Assembly (NCBI GenBank): GCA_964627305.1
Contig: CAZVHP010000005.1
Span: 162,458-226,457, forward strand
Source of the DNA: an uncultured Ignavibacteriales bacterium
GTDB lineage: Bacteria > Zixibacteria > MSB-5A5 > GN15 > FEB-12
Direction of reading: 5' to 3'
Length of the DNA: 64,000 nucleotides
Shown here: positions 49,468 through 57,422 of the stretch, piece after piece
Numbering within the stretch: the first letter of the stretch is position 1
Layout: every line of letters begins with the position of its first letter
Position numbers and translations under genes: made by a program
The notes under the pieces: generated by a model
Databases searched by the model: none
What the model was told of the DNA's origin: nothing
What the model saw: the letters and a program-made list of their open reading frames with translations, nothing else

Positions 49468-50739
49468 CTAAAGCGCAATTACCCCCTCGTCGCTCACTTC
49501 TCCCTGATACAGCTGCCGGAGCAGCTCGATATCGTGTTCGGTCAGTTTGACACTGCGCCGGGCACAGGTCCGCTGGGTGGTATCGATTGCCTTGTCAATG
49601 TTATAGCGATCCCACTGCCCCCCGCTTCCCCAGCTGAAAGAAGGGACCTCTTTATCGGCCACAAGGATGCCGCCGAATATGTTGCAGCAGACGCCGATCG
49701 AAATGCCCGTATTCAGCAGTGTCCCTATTCCGAATTTAGTGTGATCCCCGATGAACGAACCGACCTTGATGCTGCCGGTGTCAACAGACTCGCCGCCTAC
49801 TGTGACGCGGATATTCGAGTAGTTGTTCTTCAAATCCGAATTGGTCGTCATGGCCCCGAAATTCACCCAGGAACCTACGTAGCTGTGGCCGATGAAGCCG
49901 GCGTGGTACTTGTTCACAAATGACTCAAACACCGATTCTTCCAGCTCCCCCCCCACTCGGCAGGTGTGCCCAACCGAGCTGGCCGTGATCTTACCGGCCA
50001 GCACAACTGAGTTCGGGCCGATGTAGGTCGGCCCGAAGACTGCAGCATGCGGTTCTATGCGGGTCCCCTTGCCAATGCACACCGGGCCATTGGTGGCATC
50101 AATAACCGCTCCCGGCAACACCTCCACGCGATCTCCCAGAGAGATGAAGCTGGCGTTGACCAGGTGGGCACCATCGTGAACGACAGCCTTGGTGTGACCC
50201 ATTCGCGGCGGATTCAGGAACTTGAAGTCCAGCTCAATCTCTTTCTCAATGTCCGCGACGACTTCCCACAGGCGCTCGTAAAGAGTCGCGCTGGTGTCGC
50301 GCTGTACGATCATCTCGGCGTGCTCCTCGACCGCATTGACAAACGCACCCGGCGTGAACACCGATGGTAAGGATTCCGAGTGCTTTGCATCGAGAAACAA
50401 CGCCACAGACTGATCTCCATTAACGAAGCGTGTGCTGATTCTGGCCTGGTTGATCTGCTCCGGCAGGTCGCCGAAATCCCGAATTCGCCCGTTGAGAAAC
50501 AGAACGCCCCCGTTACCCTTCTTGATTATGTTCACCGGATAGTCTGGATGGGTATGGGCATAGGTGACCGATAGTTGTTCGCGTACTACCAGTGCCATCT
50601 CGGCCTGTGGCCAGTGGCGCTCAATCCGCTTGTAGATCGGGGCGATCCCTGACCTGAGCGAGAACACCGGGCGCATATAGGTCGCAGGAAAGAACTGGCG
50701 AAAACGTTCGTCTTCATACAGACAGATCTGTGGGGTCAT
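49468..50739 (-). CDS. Sugar nucleotidyltransferase-like protein with C-terminal left-handed beta-helix (GlmU/GlgC-like architecture, degenerate N-terminal motif)
   Basis: The C-terminal hexapeptide-repeat region is visible (IGKGTRIEPHAAVFGPTYIGPNSVVLAGKI...VGGELEESVF...IGHSYVGSWVNFGAMTTNSDL). The N-terminus lacks the canonical GGxGxRL loop. Confidence 0.5.
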   Translation of the reverse strand: MTPQICLYEDERFRQFFPATYMRPVFSLRSGIAPIYKRIERHWPQAEMALVVREQLSVTYAHTHPDYPVNIIKKGNGGVLFLNGRIRDFGDLPEQINQARISTRFVNGDQSVALFLDAKHSESLPSVFTPGAFVNAVEEHAEMIVQRDTSATLYERLWEVVADIEKEIELDFKFLNPPRMGHTKAVVHDGAHLVNASFISLGDRVEVLPGAVIDATNGPVCIGKGTRIEPHAAVFGPTYIGPNSVVLAGKITASSVGHTCRVGGELEESVFESFVNKYHAGFIGHSYVGSWVNFGAMTTNSDLKNNYSNIRVTVGGESVDTGSIKVGSFIGDHTKFGIGTLLNTGISIGVCCNIFGGILVADKEVPSFSWGSGGQWDRYNIDKAIDTTQRTCARRSVKLTEHDIELLRQLYQGEVSDEGVIAL

Positions 50740-51055
50740 AGAATAGCCTTATAGCTGTCCAGGCGGGTTACGTGGCCCTCGTCATGTTCTCAATATCGAC
50801 CATAAGCGCTTAGACCTAAACTACTTAATTTATCGGAAACTGATACCACAGAGCAAGTACTTTCGGGCCCTGTAGTGAGTTATTTATCTCACGGGCACGC
50901 GCTACGGCAAACACGGGAATTTGCGGAAACTTTTGTGGCACAAAGTGCTTTGAGATAGAACAAAGACGACTATTTTTGAATCATCTGCCCGTCAAAGGGT
51001 ATCAAAGATGGTAATGGGCAGAATGAAGTAACAAGACAAGTGAGGTGACAACAAA

Positions 51056-51388
51056 GTGTTAGCAGTGTCGAATTCAGCGAGTCAGGAGCTCTCCAAGGTC
51101 CTGGAGCAGGATATGGCCCGGGACAAAGTATTGGTCATCTACTTCCAGGGTTATGGCTGAGGTGGTCCCGTTCTGGGAATGGCTCTGGATGAGTCAAAGG
51201 ACCAACTCGAGGCGCTCGAATCCAACGGCATCACAGCCTATATTGACCCACGACTAAAAGAGCAGCTTGATCAGATGGGCGATATTTTTGTCGACTACCA
51301 AGATCACGGCATCGGCGCCCGCGGCTTCTCAATCCGTGTGGGTCAGGATGGCGACTGTTCTGCCAAGGGCTGTGAAGGTTGCGGCTAA
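51056..51388 (+). CDS. HesB/IscA-like protein with in-frame TGA (51158-51160) at the IscA Cys35-equivalent position; candidate selenoprotein
   Basis: Manual translation from GTG 51056 (GAGGTG RBS 8 nt upstream) gives VLAVSNSASQELSKVLEQDMARDKVLVIYFQGYG[TGA]GGPVLGMALDESKDQLEALESNGITAYIDPRLKEQLDQMGDIFVDYQDHGIGARGFSIRVGQDGDCSAKGCEGCG. The track shows only the 69-aa C-terminal piece (51179..51388). Confidence 0.65.
51168..51182 (+). promoter_or_regulatory. Candidate SECIS-like hairpin after the HesB-like TGA
   Basis: CCGUUC-UGG-GAAUGG, 6 bp including one G-U, beginning 7 nt after the TGA. Folded by eye only. Confidence 0.3.
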
Positions 51389-51418
51389 GGCAAAACTCAG
51401 ATGGCGATCGATCGATCA

Positions 51419-51450
51419 AGGCCCGGAGCCGACTCCGGGCCTGTTTGCTT
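51419..51450 (+). terminator. Rho-independent terminator after the HesB-like gene
   Basis: AGGCCCGGAG-CCGA-CTCCGGGCCT, a 10-bp stem, followed by GTTTGCTT. Confidence 0.65.
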
Positions 51451-51529
51451 CGTCCGATTCGCCTGCCTGATCACCGGCCCAATCCGGCATGATCCTCGCC
51501 GCGCCCGCAGCCCACGGGCAACTTCAGTC

Positions 51530-52255
51530 TCACTGTGTCAGCACCTCCGGCTTTGTCAGCCGGGGGACGGTTTCGATGAGCAGACGGCAGGTCAACTCCG
51601 AGGCGTGTTCCAGAAACAGCACGAACTCCCCGGCTGCACCGCCCTCGGATGAGTCAGAGATAACCCTGACAACCACAAATGGGACACGGTTCATGACGCA
51701 TACCTGACCGACAGCGCCCCCCTCCATCTCCGTGGCAACCGCCCCGAACTCGCGCTGCAGGTACCGAATTCGCCGCGCATCCGCGATAAATGAATCGCCG
51801 GTGGCAATGGTCCCGACCAGGAGCTGTGAGTCCACCTCTCCCCGTTCCTCAAGCCCCTCCCAGGCTTCGCAGACAGTTCTCACCAGTCGGGGATCGGCTT
51901 CAAACATGCGGGTAAGCTCCGGGATTTCGCCGGGGCGCCGACCGAACGCTGTCAGGTCGATATCGTGCTGCACGACGAAGCTGGAAACAACCACATCTCC
52001 CTGACACAGATTCGGAACCAGGGCGCCCGCCAGTCCGGTGAAGACAACCGAGTTGACCCCGAACCGATCAATCAGAATCTGGGTGGCAACCGCGGCGTTG
52101 ACTTTTTCCACGCCGGTGCGAAGCAGGATGGCTTTGCGTTGCTCAAACGTGCCCAGATAGAAGGTGATTCCCGACTGGACGACGGTCTGCTCAATGTCAG
52201 CGTGCTGCAACAGCCGCTGAAGTTCCTCCTCGAGAGCACTAATGAGTCCGATCAT
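51530..52255 (-). CDS. mtnN: 5'-methylthioadenosine/S-adenosylhomocysteine nucleosidase
   Basis: MIGLISALEEE..., GVEKVNAAVATQILIDRFGVNSVVFTGLAGAL, ATGDSF, AVATEMEGGAVGQVC. The start is set at the internal ATG (52253-52255). Confidence 0.85.
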   Translation of the reverse strand: MIGLISALEEELQRLLQHADIEQTVVQSGITFYLGTFEQRKAILLRTGVEKVNAAVATQILIDRFGVNSVVFTGLAGALVPNLCQGDVVVSSFVVQHDIDLTAFGRRPGEIPELTRMFEADPRLVRTVCEAWEGLEERGEVDSQLLVGTIATGDSFIADARRIRYLQREFGAVATEMEGGAVGQVCVMNRVPFVVVRVISDSSEGGAAGEFVLFLEHASELTCRLLIETVPRLTKPEVLTQ

Positions 52256-52314
52256 ATCAATTTCCCCGGAAAGTTGGTTTGTCGATGTATCGGCCATTCT
52301 GCGTGATGGCTCGA

Positions 52315-53079
52315 CTATCGCGGCCGACGAGCAGCAAGGACCAGATCGCGGGATTTCCGACCAAAACGCCGGGTGAAGAGCAGATTACCAAACTTCTGTA
52401 TCGGCGAGAATCCCGCCCCCTCAGCGGCGGCGATCAGGTACTCCGGGTCGAAATTGTCGAACTCATGACGAAAGACTTCGAATGCCGGCGGCCTCTGGTT
52501 CAGATCGAGCCTTGTCACATATACTGACAAGCGGCGCCCGCGGCGTTCGCTGAATCGTTCGTAAACGATGCCTTCGTTCTCGGTAGCCTTGATGGGCATG
52601 ACCTGTCCCTCCCCTATCACGCTGTAATTGAGGGCCTGCAGCACCAGCCAGCCGCCCGGGCGGAGCACGCGCAGGAAGCTACGACAGGCCCTGCGAACAC
52701 CGTCCCGACTCCCAACACCGGTTATCGCGTTGGCAAGGCACACGACCAAATCGAACTGCTCTGTCATGTGTCGCGGCAAGGACTCGAAACGTCCGGTGAC
52801 CCACGTCACCGGCAAGCCCTCCGCATCGGGGTGATCCTTCGCTACCTGAATCATGGACGTCTGGCAGTCAAGCCCCACGGCCTCCACTTCCTGCCGGGCA
52901 AACAGCCGGGTGGTCAGGCCGCTCGCGCAGCCGGCATCGAGCACACGAGCTGGGTGAAAGCGATCGATCATCGCCTGCACTTCCCGTGCATGGTGCGTTT
53001 CACGAGCCGCGGCGTTGGTGATCAGATCGTATTCATCAGCGTAGACTTCGAAGGCGGAAGGTTGCCTGCTTCTGGTCAT
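52315..53079 (-). CDS. Class I SAM-dependent methyltransferase
   Basis: Motif I VLDAGCASGLTT, the post-I acidic residue (GLD), and LRPGGWLVLQ. Start at ATG 53077-53079. Confidence 0.8.
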   Translation of the reverse strand: MTRSRQPSAFEVYADEYDLITNAAARETHHAREVQAMIDRFHPARVLDAGCASGLTTRLFARQEVEAVGLDCQTSMIQVAKDHPDAEGLPVTWVTGRFESLPRHMTEQFDLVVCLANAITGVGSRDGVRRACRSFLRVLRPGGWLVLQALNYSVIGEGQVMPIKATENEGIVYERFSERRGRRLSVYVTRLDLNQRPPAFEVFRHEFDNFDPEYLIAAAEGAGFSPIQKFGNLLFTRRFGRKSRDLVLAARRPR

Positions 53080-53117
53080 GATTGGTCCGTTCTGTTGAAG
53101 GATCGCGTTGTCGGCTG

Positions 53118-53897
53118 TCACACACCGAGTACTTCGCGTTCGTGCTCGAAGCGAGAAGGCTTCAGCTTGATCAACCACCCCTCGCCATAGGTATCCTGGA
53201 GAGCGGCACCGGGATGGTCAACGACCCGTTCGTTGACTTCGACAACCGTGCCGGACAGGGGTGACTGCACCGGATGCGAGCGCATATCAGAGGTGAATAT
53301 CTGCATAAACACGCTGCCCTGACGGATCTCATCGCCGACAGTTGGCAAATAGACGTTCTGCACCTTGCCGATGGTCGACACGAACGCGTGCTCCACACCA
53401 AGCAGTACCAGACCGTCGGTCTGCATCACCATCCAGCAATGATCGCCAACCGAGGTGAGCCTGCCGGTCAGGCCATCGGAGGTTCTGTCAGTCGCATCGG
53501 ATTTGCCATCGACACAATCTGAGCCCCGCACCAGTTCGGCGGCACGGCCAACAACCGCCAGCAGTTCCTTTCGGGAAAATGGCTTGGCGATATAGTCGAA
53601 CGCCCCCAGTTGAGTCGCCTGCAGGGCGGTGTTGATTGTGGCATAGCCCGTAATCATGATGACCGGTATGCAGGGATGGGCCTCGCGTACTTTGCGCATA
53701 AACTCCAGGCCATCGATCTCCGGCATCATCAAGTCGGTCAGGACAATATCGATCTTCTCCCGGTCAATCACATCCAGCCCGTCCTGAGCCGACAGCACCG
53801 TCCTGATCTGGTACTCTTCTTTGCCGAGATGCTTGCTGACGCTGTCGAGCACGATTTGCTCGTCATCGACAACCAGTATGGTCATGTCGCTGGCCAT
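53118..53897 (-). CDS. Response-regulator receiver domain fused to a glycine-cleavage-H-like (GcvH-like) domain lacking the lipoyl-lysine
   Basis: REC: ILVVDDEQ...DIVLTDLMMPEIDG...ITGYAT...KP. C-terminal: GDHCWMVMQTDGLVLLGVEHAFVSTIGKVQNVYLPTVGDEIRQGSVFMQIFTSDMRSHPVQSPLSGTVVEVNERVVDHPGAALQDTYGEGWLIKLK follows the GcvH pattern, but FTSDM replaces ESVKA. Confidence 0.75.
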   Translation of the reverse strand: MASDMTILVVDDEQIVLDSVSKHLGKEEYQIRTVLSAQDGLDVIDREKIDIVLTDLMMPEIDGLEFMRKVREAHPCIPVIMITGYATINTALQATQLGAFDYIAKPFSRKELLAVVGRAAELVRGSDCVDGKSDATDRTSDGLTGRLTSVGDHCWMVMQTDGLVLLGVEHAFVSTIGKVQNVYLPTVGDEIRQGSVFMQIFTSDMRSHPVQSPLSGTVVEVNERVVDHPGAALQDTYGEGWLIKLKPSRFEHEREVLGV

Positions 53898-53918
53898 CGC
53901 CGTACCTCCATATACAAT

Positions 53919-55751
53919 CTATGCCGTAGCGGTTGGCAGAACAATCCTAAAAACAGCACCCCCGGCTCGTCCCATATCGATCTCGATCTCACCCTTATGC
54001 CGCTCGACAATACCCCAGCTCACCGCGAGACCCAAACCGTTGGTCCCCTTGGTCGAGAAGAATGGTTCGAACACCTTGTCGATCAGGTTTTCCGGAATTC
54101 CCGGACCGGTGTCCTCAACCGAGATCACACAGCGTCGGGCTCGCCTGTCGTAGTCGATGCCAATGTATATAGTTCCCTTGCCCTTCATGGCGTCGGAAGC
54201 GTTGAGCATGAGATTCAGCAGTACCTGGCTCAATTGGTGCGTGTCCCCCATGATATCAGGGATCTTCCCGCCAATCTCCTTCTCGATTCTGATATTGTGA
54301 AACTGCGGCAACCGTTCCACCAGAGACAGAGCCTGGTCGACCACCTCTGTCGGCTTCAGTCGGCTGAGCCTGGGTGCATCCTGCCGGGCGAAGTCCAGAA
54401 GATTCCTGACGATGTCGCGGCAGCGCAGAGTCTCTCTGATGATGACTTTCAGATCGACCTGGTGCGGCGAATCCTCGGGAATGTCATCGAGCATATCCTC
54501 AGCGTAGGCGAGAATACCGGTCAGGGGGTTATTGATTTCGTGCGCCACGCCGGCCGCCAGCTTTCCCAACGCTCCCAGTTTCTCTGCCTGTACCAGTTGA
54601 TCGCGAAGCTCCCGCTCGCGGCTGATATCGCGCATGATGGTACAGGTACCGGTGACAGTGCCTTCATAGTCGAACAACGGAAAGCGGACGGTCTGGAAGT
54701 AATGCGCCCGGCCATCAATCTCCACCTGCTCCTCATACGTGTGGTAGCTGTTGTCCCGGAGCACCTCCAGATCGTGCTGCTTGATTGTCCGAGCGAGGCT
54801 TTCGGGCAGGATGTCCTCGGGTCTCTTGCCCACGAAATCTTCCGGCGCACGGTGAAACGCCCTGGCGATGACCGGATTGACAATCAGGTAGCGACCCTCG
54901 AGGTCCTTGATGGAGATCCAGTCATGAGCCGAGTCAATGAAACTGCGGAAGCGATACTCGGCGCTTTGGATTTCTCGCTGCAGTCTCACTTGTTCGGTTA
55001 TCCGGTGCCAGGTGGCCAGCACCGTCTCGACCTCTCCCTCGCTGTTGAGCAGGGGCTTGCGCGTGACCTCCCAGTAGGCCTCATTGGGGGGGGCGGTGTA
55101 CCAGACCATCATCTGCGGCCGAGCATCGCGAATCACATCATCGAAACCCGGCTCGGACCGTCGACACTGCTCGGCCAGAGGTGTGTGGGCGAGAATCTCC
55201 TGACACGTCATCCCGACAACATCACGTTCGGCACGGCCGACGAATTCAGCGAAGCTCCTGTTGATGCGCAGAATCTCCCTGTCACGCCCCAGTACTACTG
55301 CCAGATCAGGCAGGCTGTCGAACAATTGCTGGAGGAACTGCCGCTCGGACTCAATCTTTCGTTCCAGCTCCGTCTTTTCGATAAGCTGTCTTTTCTGCTC
55401 TTCCTGGGCGTTGAGCAGATCCCAGAAGATGTGGGCGGTGGCGTGGTCGATCAGCTTGGTACCCGAGGGAATAATCCGATATAGCTCATCCAGTACTTCA
55501 TCGCGTCCGGTCAGCTCAATGAAAAGCTCTGCGTTCGGCAGCCACATTGCCTCTGCAAAGTCCGTGGTTGTGTAGATTGCGTTTTCTCTTGCGAACTGCA
55601 TACCGGGGGCATCATTGTCGGGATCGTGCACACATCGCACGTCAAGCGGCAACTCGCGCAGGAAACCGCCCAGCGCCAACCTGACGATCGCCCGGCAACC
55701 CCGTCCGCCCCCAATGATCACTGTTCGCAGCGGCTTGCGTTCCATCGCCAC
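53919..55751 (-). CDS. PAS-domain sensor histidine kinase with N-terminal Rossmann-like domain
   Basis: N-terminal RTVIIGGGRGCRAIV, two PAS-like segments, H-box AAGVAHEINNPL, and N/G boxes LNLMLNASDAM, DTGPGI, GLGLAVS. Confidence 0.85.
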   Translation of the reverse strand: MAMERKPLRTVIIGGGRGCRAIVRLALGGFLRELPLDVRCVHDPDNDAPGMQFARENAIYTTTDFAEAMWLPNAELFIELTGRDEVLDELYRIIPSGTKLIDHATAHIFWDLLNAQEEQKRQLIEKTELERKIESERQFLQQLFDSLPDLAVVLGRDREILRINRSFAEFVGRAERDVVGMTCQEILAHTPLAEQCRRSEPGFDDVIRDARPQMMVWYTAPPNEAYWEVTRKPLLNSEGEVETVLATWHRITEQVRLQREIQSAEYRFRSFIDSAHDWISIKDLEGRYLIVNPVIARAFHRAPEDFVGKRPEDILPESLARTIKQHDLEVLRDNSYHTYEEQVEIDGRAHYFQTVRFPLFDYEGTVTGTCTIMRDISRERELRDQLVQAEKLGALGKLAAGVAHEINNPLTGILAYAEDMLDDIPEDSPHQVDLKVIIRETLRCRDIVRNLLDFARQDAPRLSRLKPTEVVDQALSLVERLPQFHNIRIEKEIGGKIPDIMGDTHQLSQVLLNLMLNASDAMKGKGTIYIGIDYDRRARRCVISVEDTGPGIPENLIDKVFEPFFSTKGTNGLGLAVSWGIVERHKGEIEIDMGRAGGAVFRIVLPTATA

Positions 55752-55795
55752 TTGTCCTCACTTGACTGGTGCCGGATGTATGACACCTTCACCAC

Positions 55796-56761
55796 TCAGG
55801 ACGAGGGGAAGTCGGCATCCAGCATATCGGTATAGTCTTCAATCACCTGTGCCATGCTCTCATAGTATCCGGTGGGCTGAATGGTGAAATGCTTCAAAAT
55901 GCGAGCCAGCCGGTCGGTGACATACGGGTATATCTTCTGCAAGTTCATGATCCGATATTCATAGAACGCTCCGGCGTCGGCGCGCGACAGACTCTTCTTG
56001 ATCTCTTCGGGGATATCCCGGCTGTCCAGCACTGACTTGAACGAGAGTATCCCCTTGGCGAGCGCATAGTTGAAGATATTCCCGATACTCCAGACATCGA
56101 AGTCCGCCACATTCTGGTTCAGGTCGAAATCGATCCACCGGAAGCAACCGGAATCCGAATCCATGATTATGTGATCGTTGCGAATATCGCCATGACACGT
56201 CCCGTTCTGGTGCAGAAACTCAATGGCCTCCAGACACGGCAGCAGCTTGCGAAGAATCCACGGGAGGTCCTGGAAGAAATACTGACGGTGCGTCTTGTTG
56301 ATGTTGTGAATCATGTTGAACAGGCTCTGCCCCCGGATGAAGTCAATCACACGAACGTGGTTACCGGCAGCATCGGTGGTCGTGTATCCCTGCATGAAGC
56401 GATGATCCCCGCGCACCAGGTCAAGCACCTGCGCTTCCTTCTCGGGACTGCGGTAGCAGTGAACGCGAAATACACCGATGTGCACGTGGAAGTCCTCGTG
56501 GAACTCTGTCTTGAGGATCTTCTGCTGACCATTGTCAAGCTGATATGCTCCCAGCACCCAGTACTTCGGCTGGTCACCAATGCCGAACCGTGTTTCATAC
56601 TTGTGGCCGGTTATGAGGAACTGCCGACCATCGAGACAGAGTACATCGCCACGCGTGATCCGCATGGTATCGGTGGTGTCCTCGATGATGTTGGGCGGCG
56701 GCACCATCGCCCAGCCCGTCAACTCCCTGATGCGCTCCGTAAGCTGCTTTTTGTCCATCAT
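55796..56761 (-). CDS. Protein-kinase-like fold protein with atypical catalytic motifs
   Basis: The catalytic-loop-like HGDIRNDHII and IDFD (in place of DFG) are present. A candidate beta3 Lys lies in QKILKTEF. There is no GxGxxG loop. Confidence 0.55.
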   Translation of the reverse strand: MMDKKQLTERIRELTGWAMVPPPNIIEDTTDTMRITRGDVLCLDGRQFLITGHKYETRFGIGDQPKYWVLGAYQLDNGQQKILKTEFHEDFHVHIGVFRVHCYRSPEKEAQVLDLVRGDHRFMQGYTTTDAAGNHVRVIDFIRGQSLFNMIHNINKTHRQYFFQDLPWILRKLLPCLEAIEFLHQNGTCHGDIRNDHIIMDSDSGCFRWIDFDLNQNVADFDVWSIGNIFNYALAKGILSFKSVLDSRDIPEEIKKSLSRADAGAFYEYRIMNLQKIYPYVTDRLARILKHFTIQPTGYYESMAQVIEDYTDMLDADFPSS

Positions 56762-56954
56762 AGACAGGCCTCGACAACGCCGGTTGGTTCAGGATTCGGT
56801 CGGCCGGGTTTGCCGGTAAGCTATGGCCGTTGGTTACTGGCCGCAAGGTTTAAACACCAGCGACGCAACCATAACTCGTGGTCGGCACAGAAGAGCGGCT
56901 GACCCGACCGGATCAGCCGCCGCATAACACCCAATGTGCTTCAATCGCCCCGGA

Positions 56955-57410
56955 TCAGCATGGGCACGGCGACGGTCCGCCGCTGAACAGAAAAGCGATC
57001 AGGTAGGTCATATCTGTGATATTGATGAGGCCGTCGCAGTTGACATCACCGTGCGCATGAAGACACGGTGCAAGACCACCACTGAAGAGGTACGCGATCA
57101 GGTAGGTCATATCTGTGATATTGATGAGGCCGTCGCAGTTCATGTCACCACGGAGAGTGCACCCACCGGAGCCGGCGGCGAAGACTTGCCAAAACCCCTG
57201 ATTGAGTGCGTAGCTGGCAGAACCGACCGTCCCCACCGCCGCCTGACCGACCGTTCCTGAAAGCGAATAGCTCGCCGATGACATACTGCCCCCACCGCTT
57301 CCGATCACGTACCAGTCGATCGTTTCACCGGTCTTGCTCTCCGCCTGCGCAGAGCCGATCAGCATCAGCAGACATGCAACGATAGCACCAGCGTTCAGAA
57401 TATGCGTCAC
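56955..57410 (-). CDS. Small secreted protein with two dockerin-like repeats
   Basis: Signal peptide (ACLLMLIGSAQA), a Gly/Ser-rich module SGGGSMSSASYSLSGTVGQAAVGTVGSASYALNQGFWQ, then GDMNCDGLINITDMTYLIAYLFSGG and GDVNCDGLINITDMTYLIAFLFSGGPSPCPC. Confidence 0.75.
   Translation of the reverse strand: MTHILNAGAIVACLLMLIGSAQAESKTGETIDWYVIGSGGGSMSSASYSLSGTVGQAAVGTVGSASYALNQGFWQVFAAGSGGCTLRGDMNCDGLINITDMTYLIAYLFSGGLAPCLHAHGDVNCDGLINITDMTYLIAFLFSGGPSPCPC
56995..57140 (-). repeat. Intragenic direct repeat: two identical 47-nt copies, 99 nt apart
   Basis: GCGATCAGGTAGGTCATATCTGTGATATTGATGAGGCCGTCGCAGTT occurs at 56995-57041 and 57094-57140. It encodes the two dockerin-like repeats. Confidence 0.9.
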
Positions 57411-57422
57411 AACCCGCTCCTC

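Noticed and set aside
50936-50950. Sigma-54-like TGGCAC...GC element upstream of the HesB-like gene.
   Set aside because: The GG-to-GC spacing is 8 nt (TGGCACAAAGTGC) rather than the 10 nt required by the -24/-12 consensus.
53610-55484. 624-aa plus-strand ORF.
   Set aside because: It is antisense to the PAS histidine kinase, whose H/N/G boxes are unambiguous on the minus strand. Its composition (Arg/Leu/Gln/His-rich, no motifs) is typical of a shadow ORF in GC-rich DNA.
56995-57140. Identical 47-nt direct repeats considered as a possible CRISPR or other non-coding repeat.
   Set aside because: There are only two copies, spaced 99 nt apart (33 codons), in frame inside a CDS. They encode the two dockerin-like repeats, so this is an intragenic duplication.
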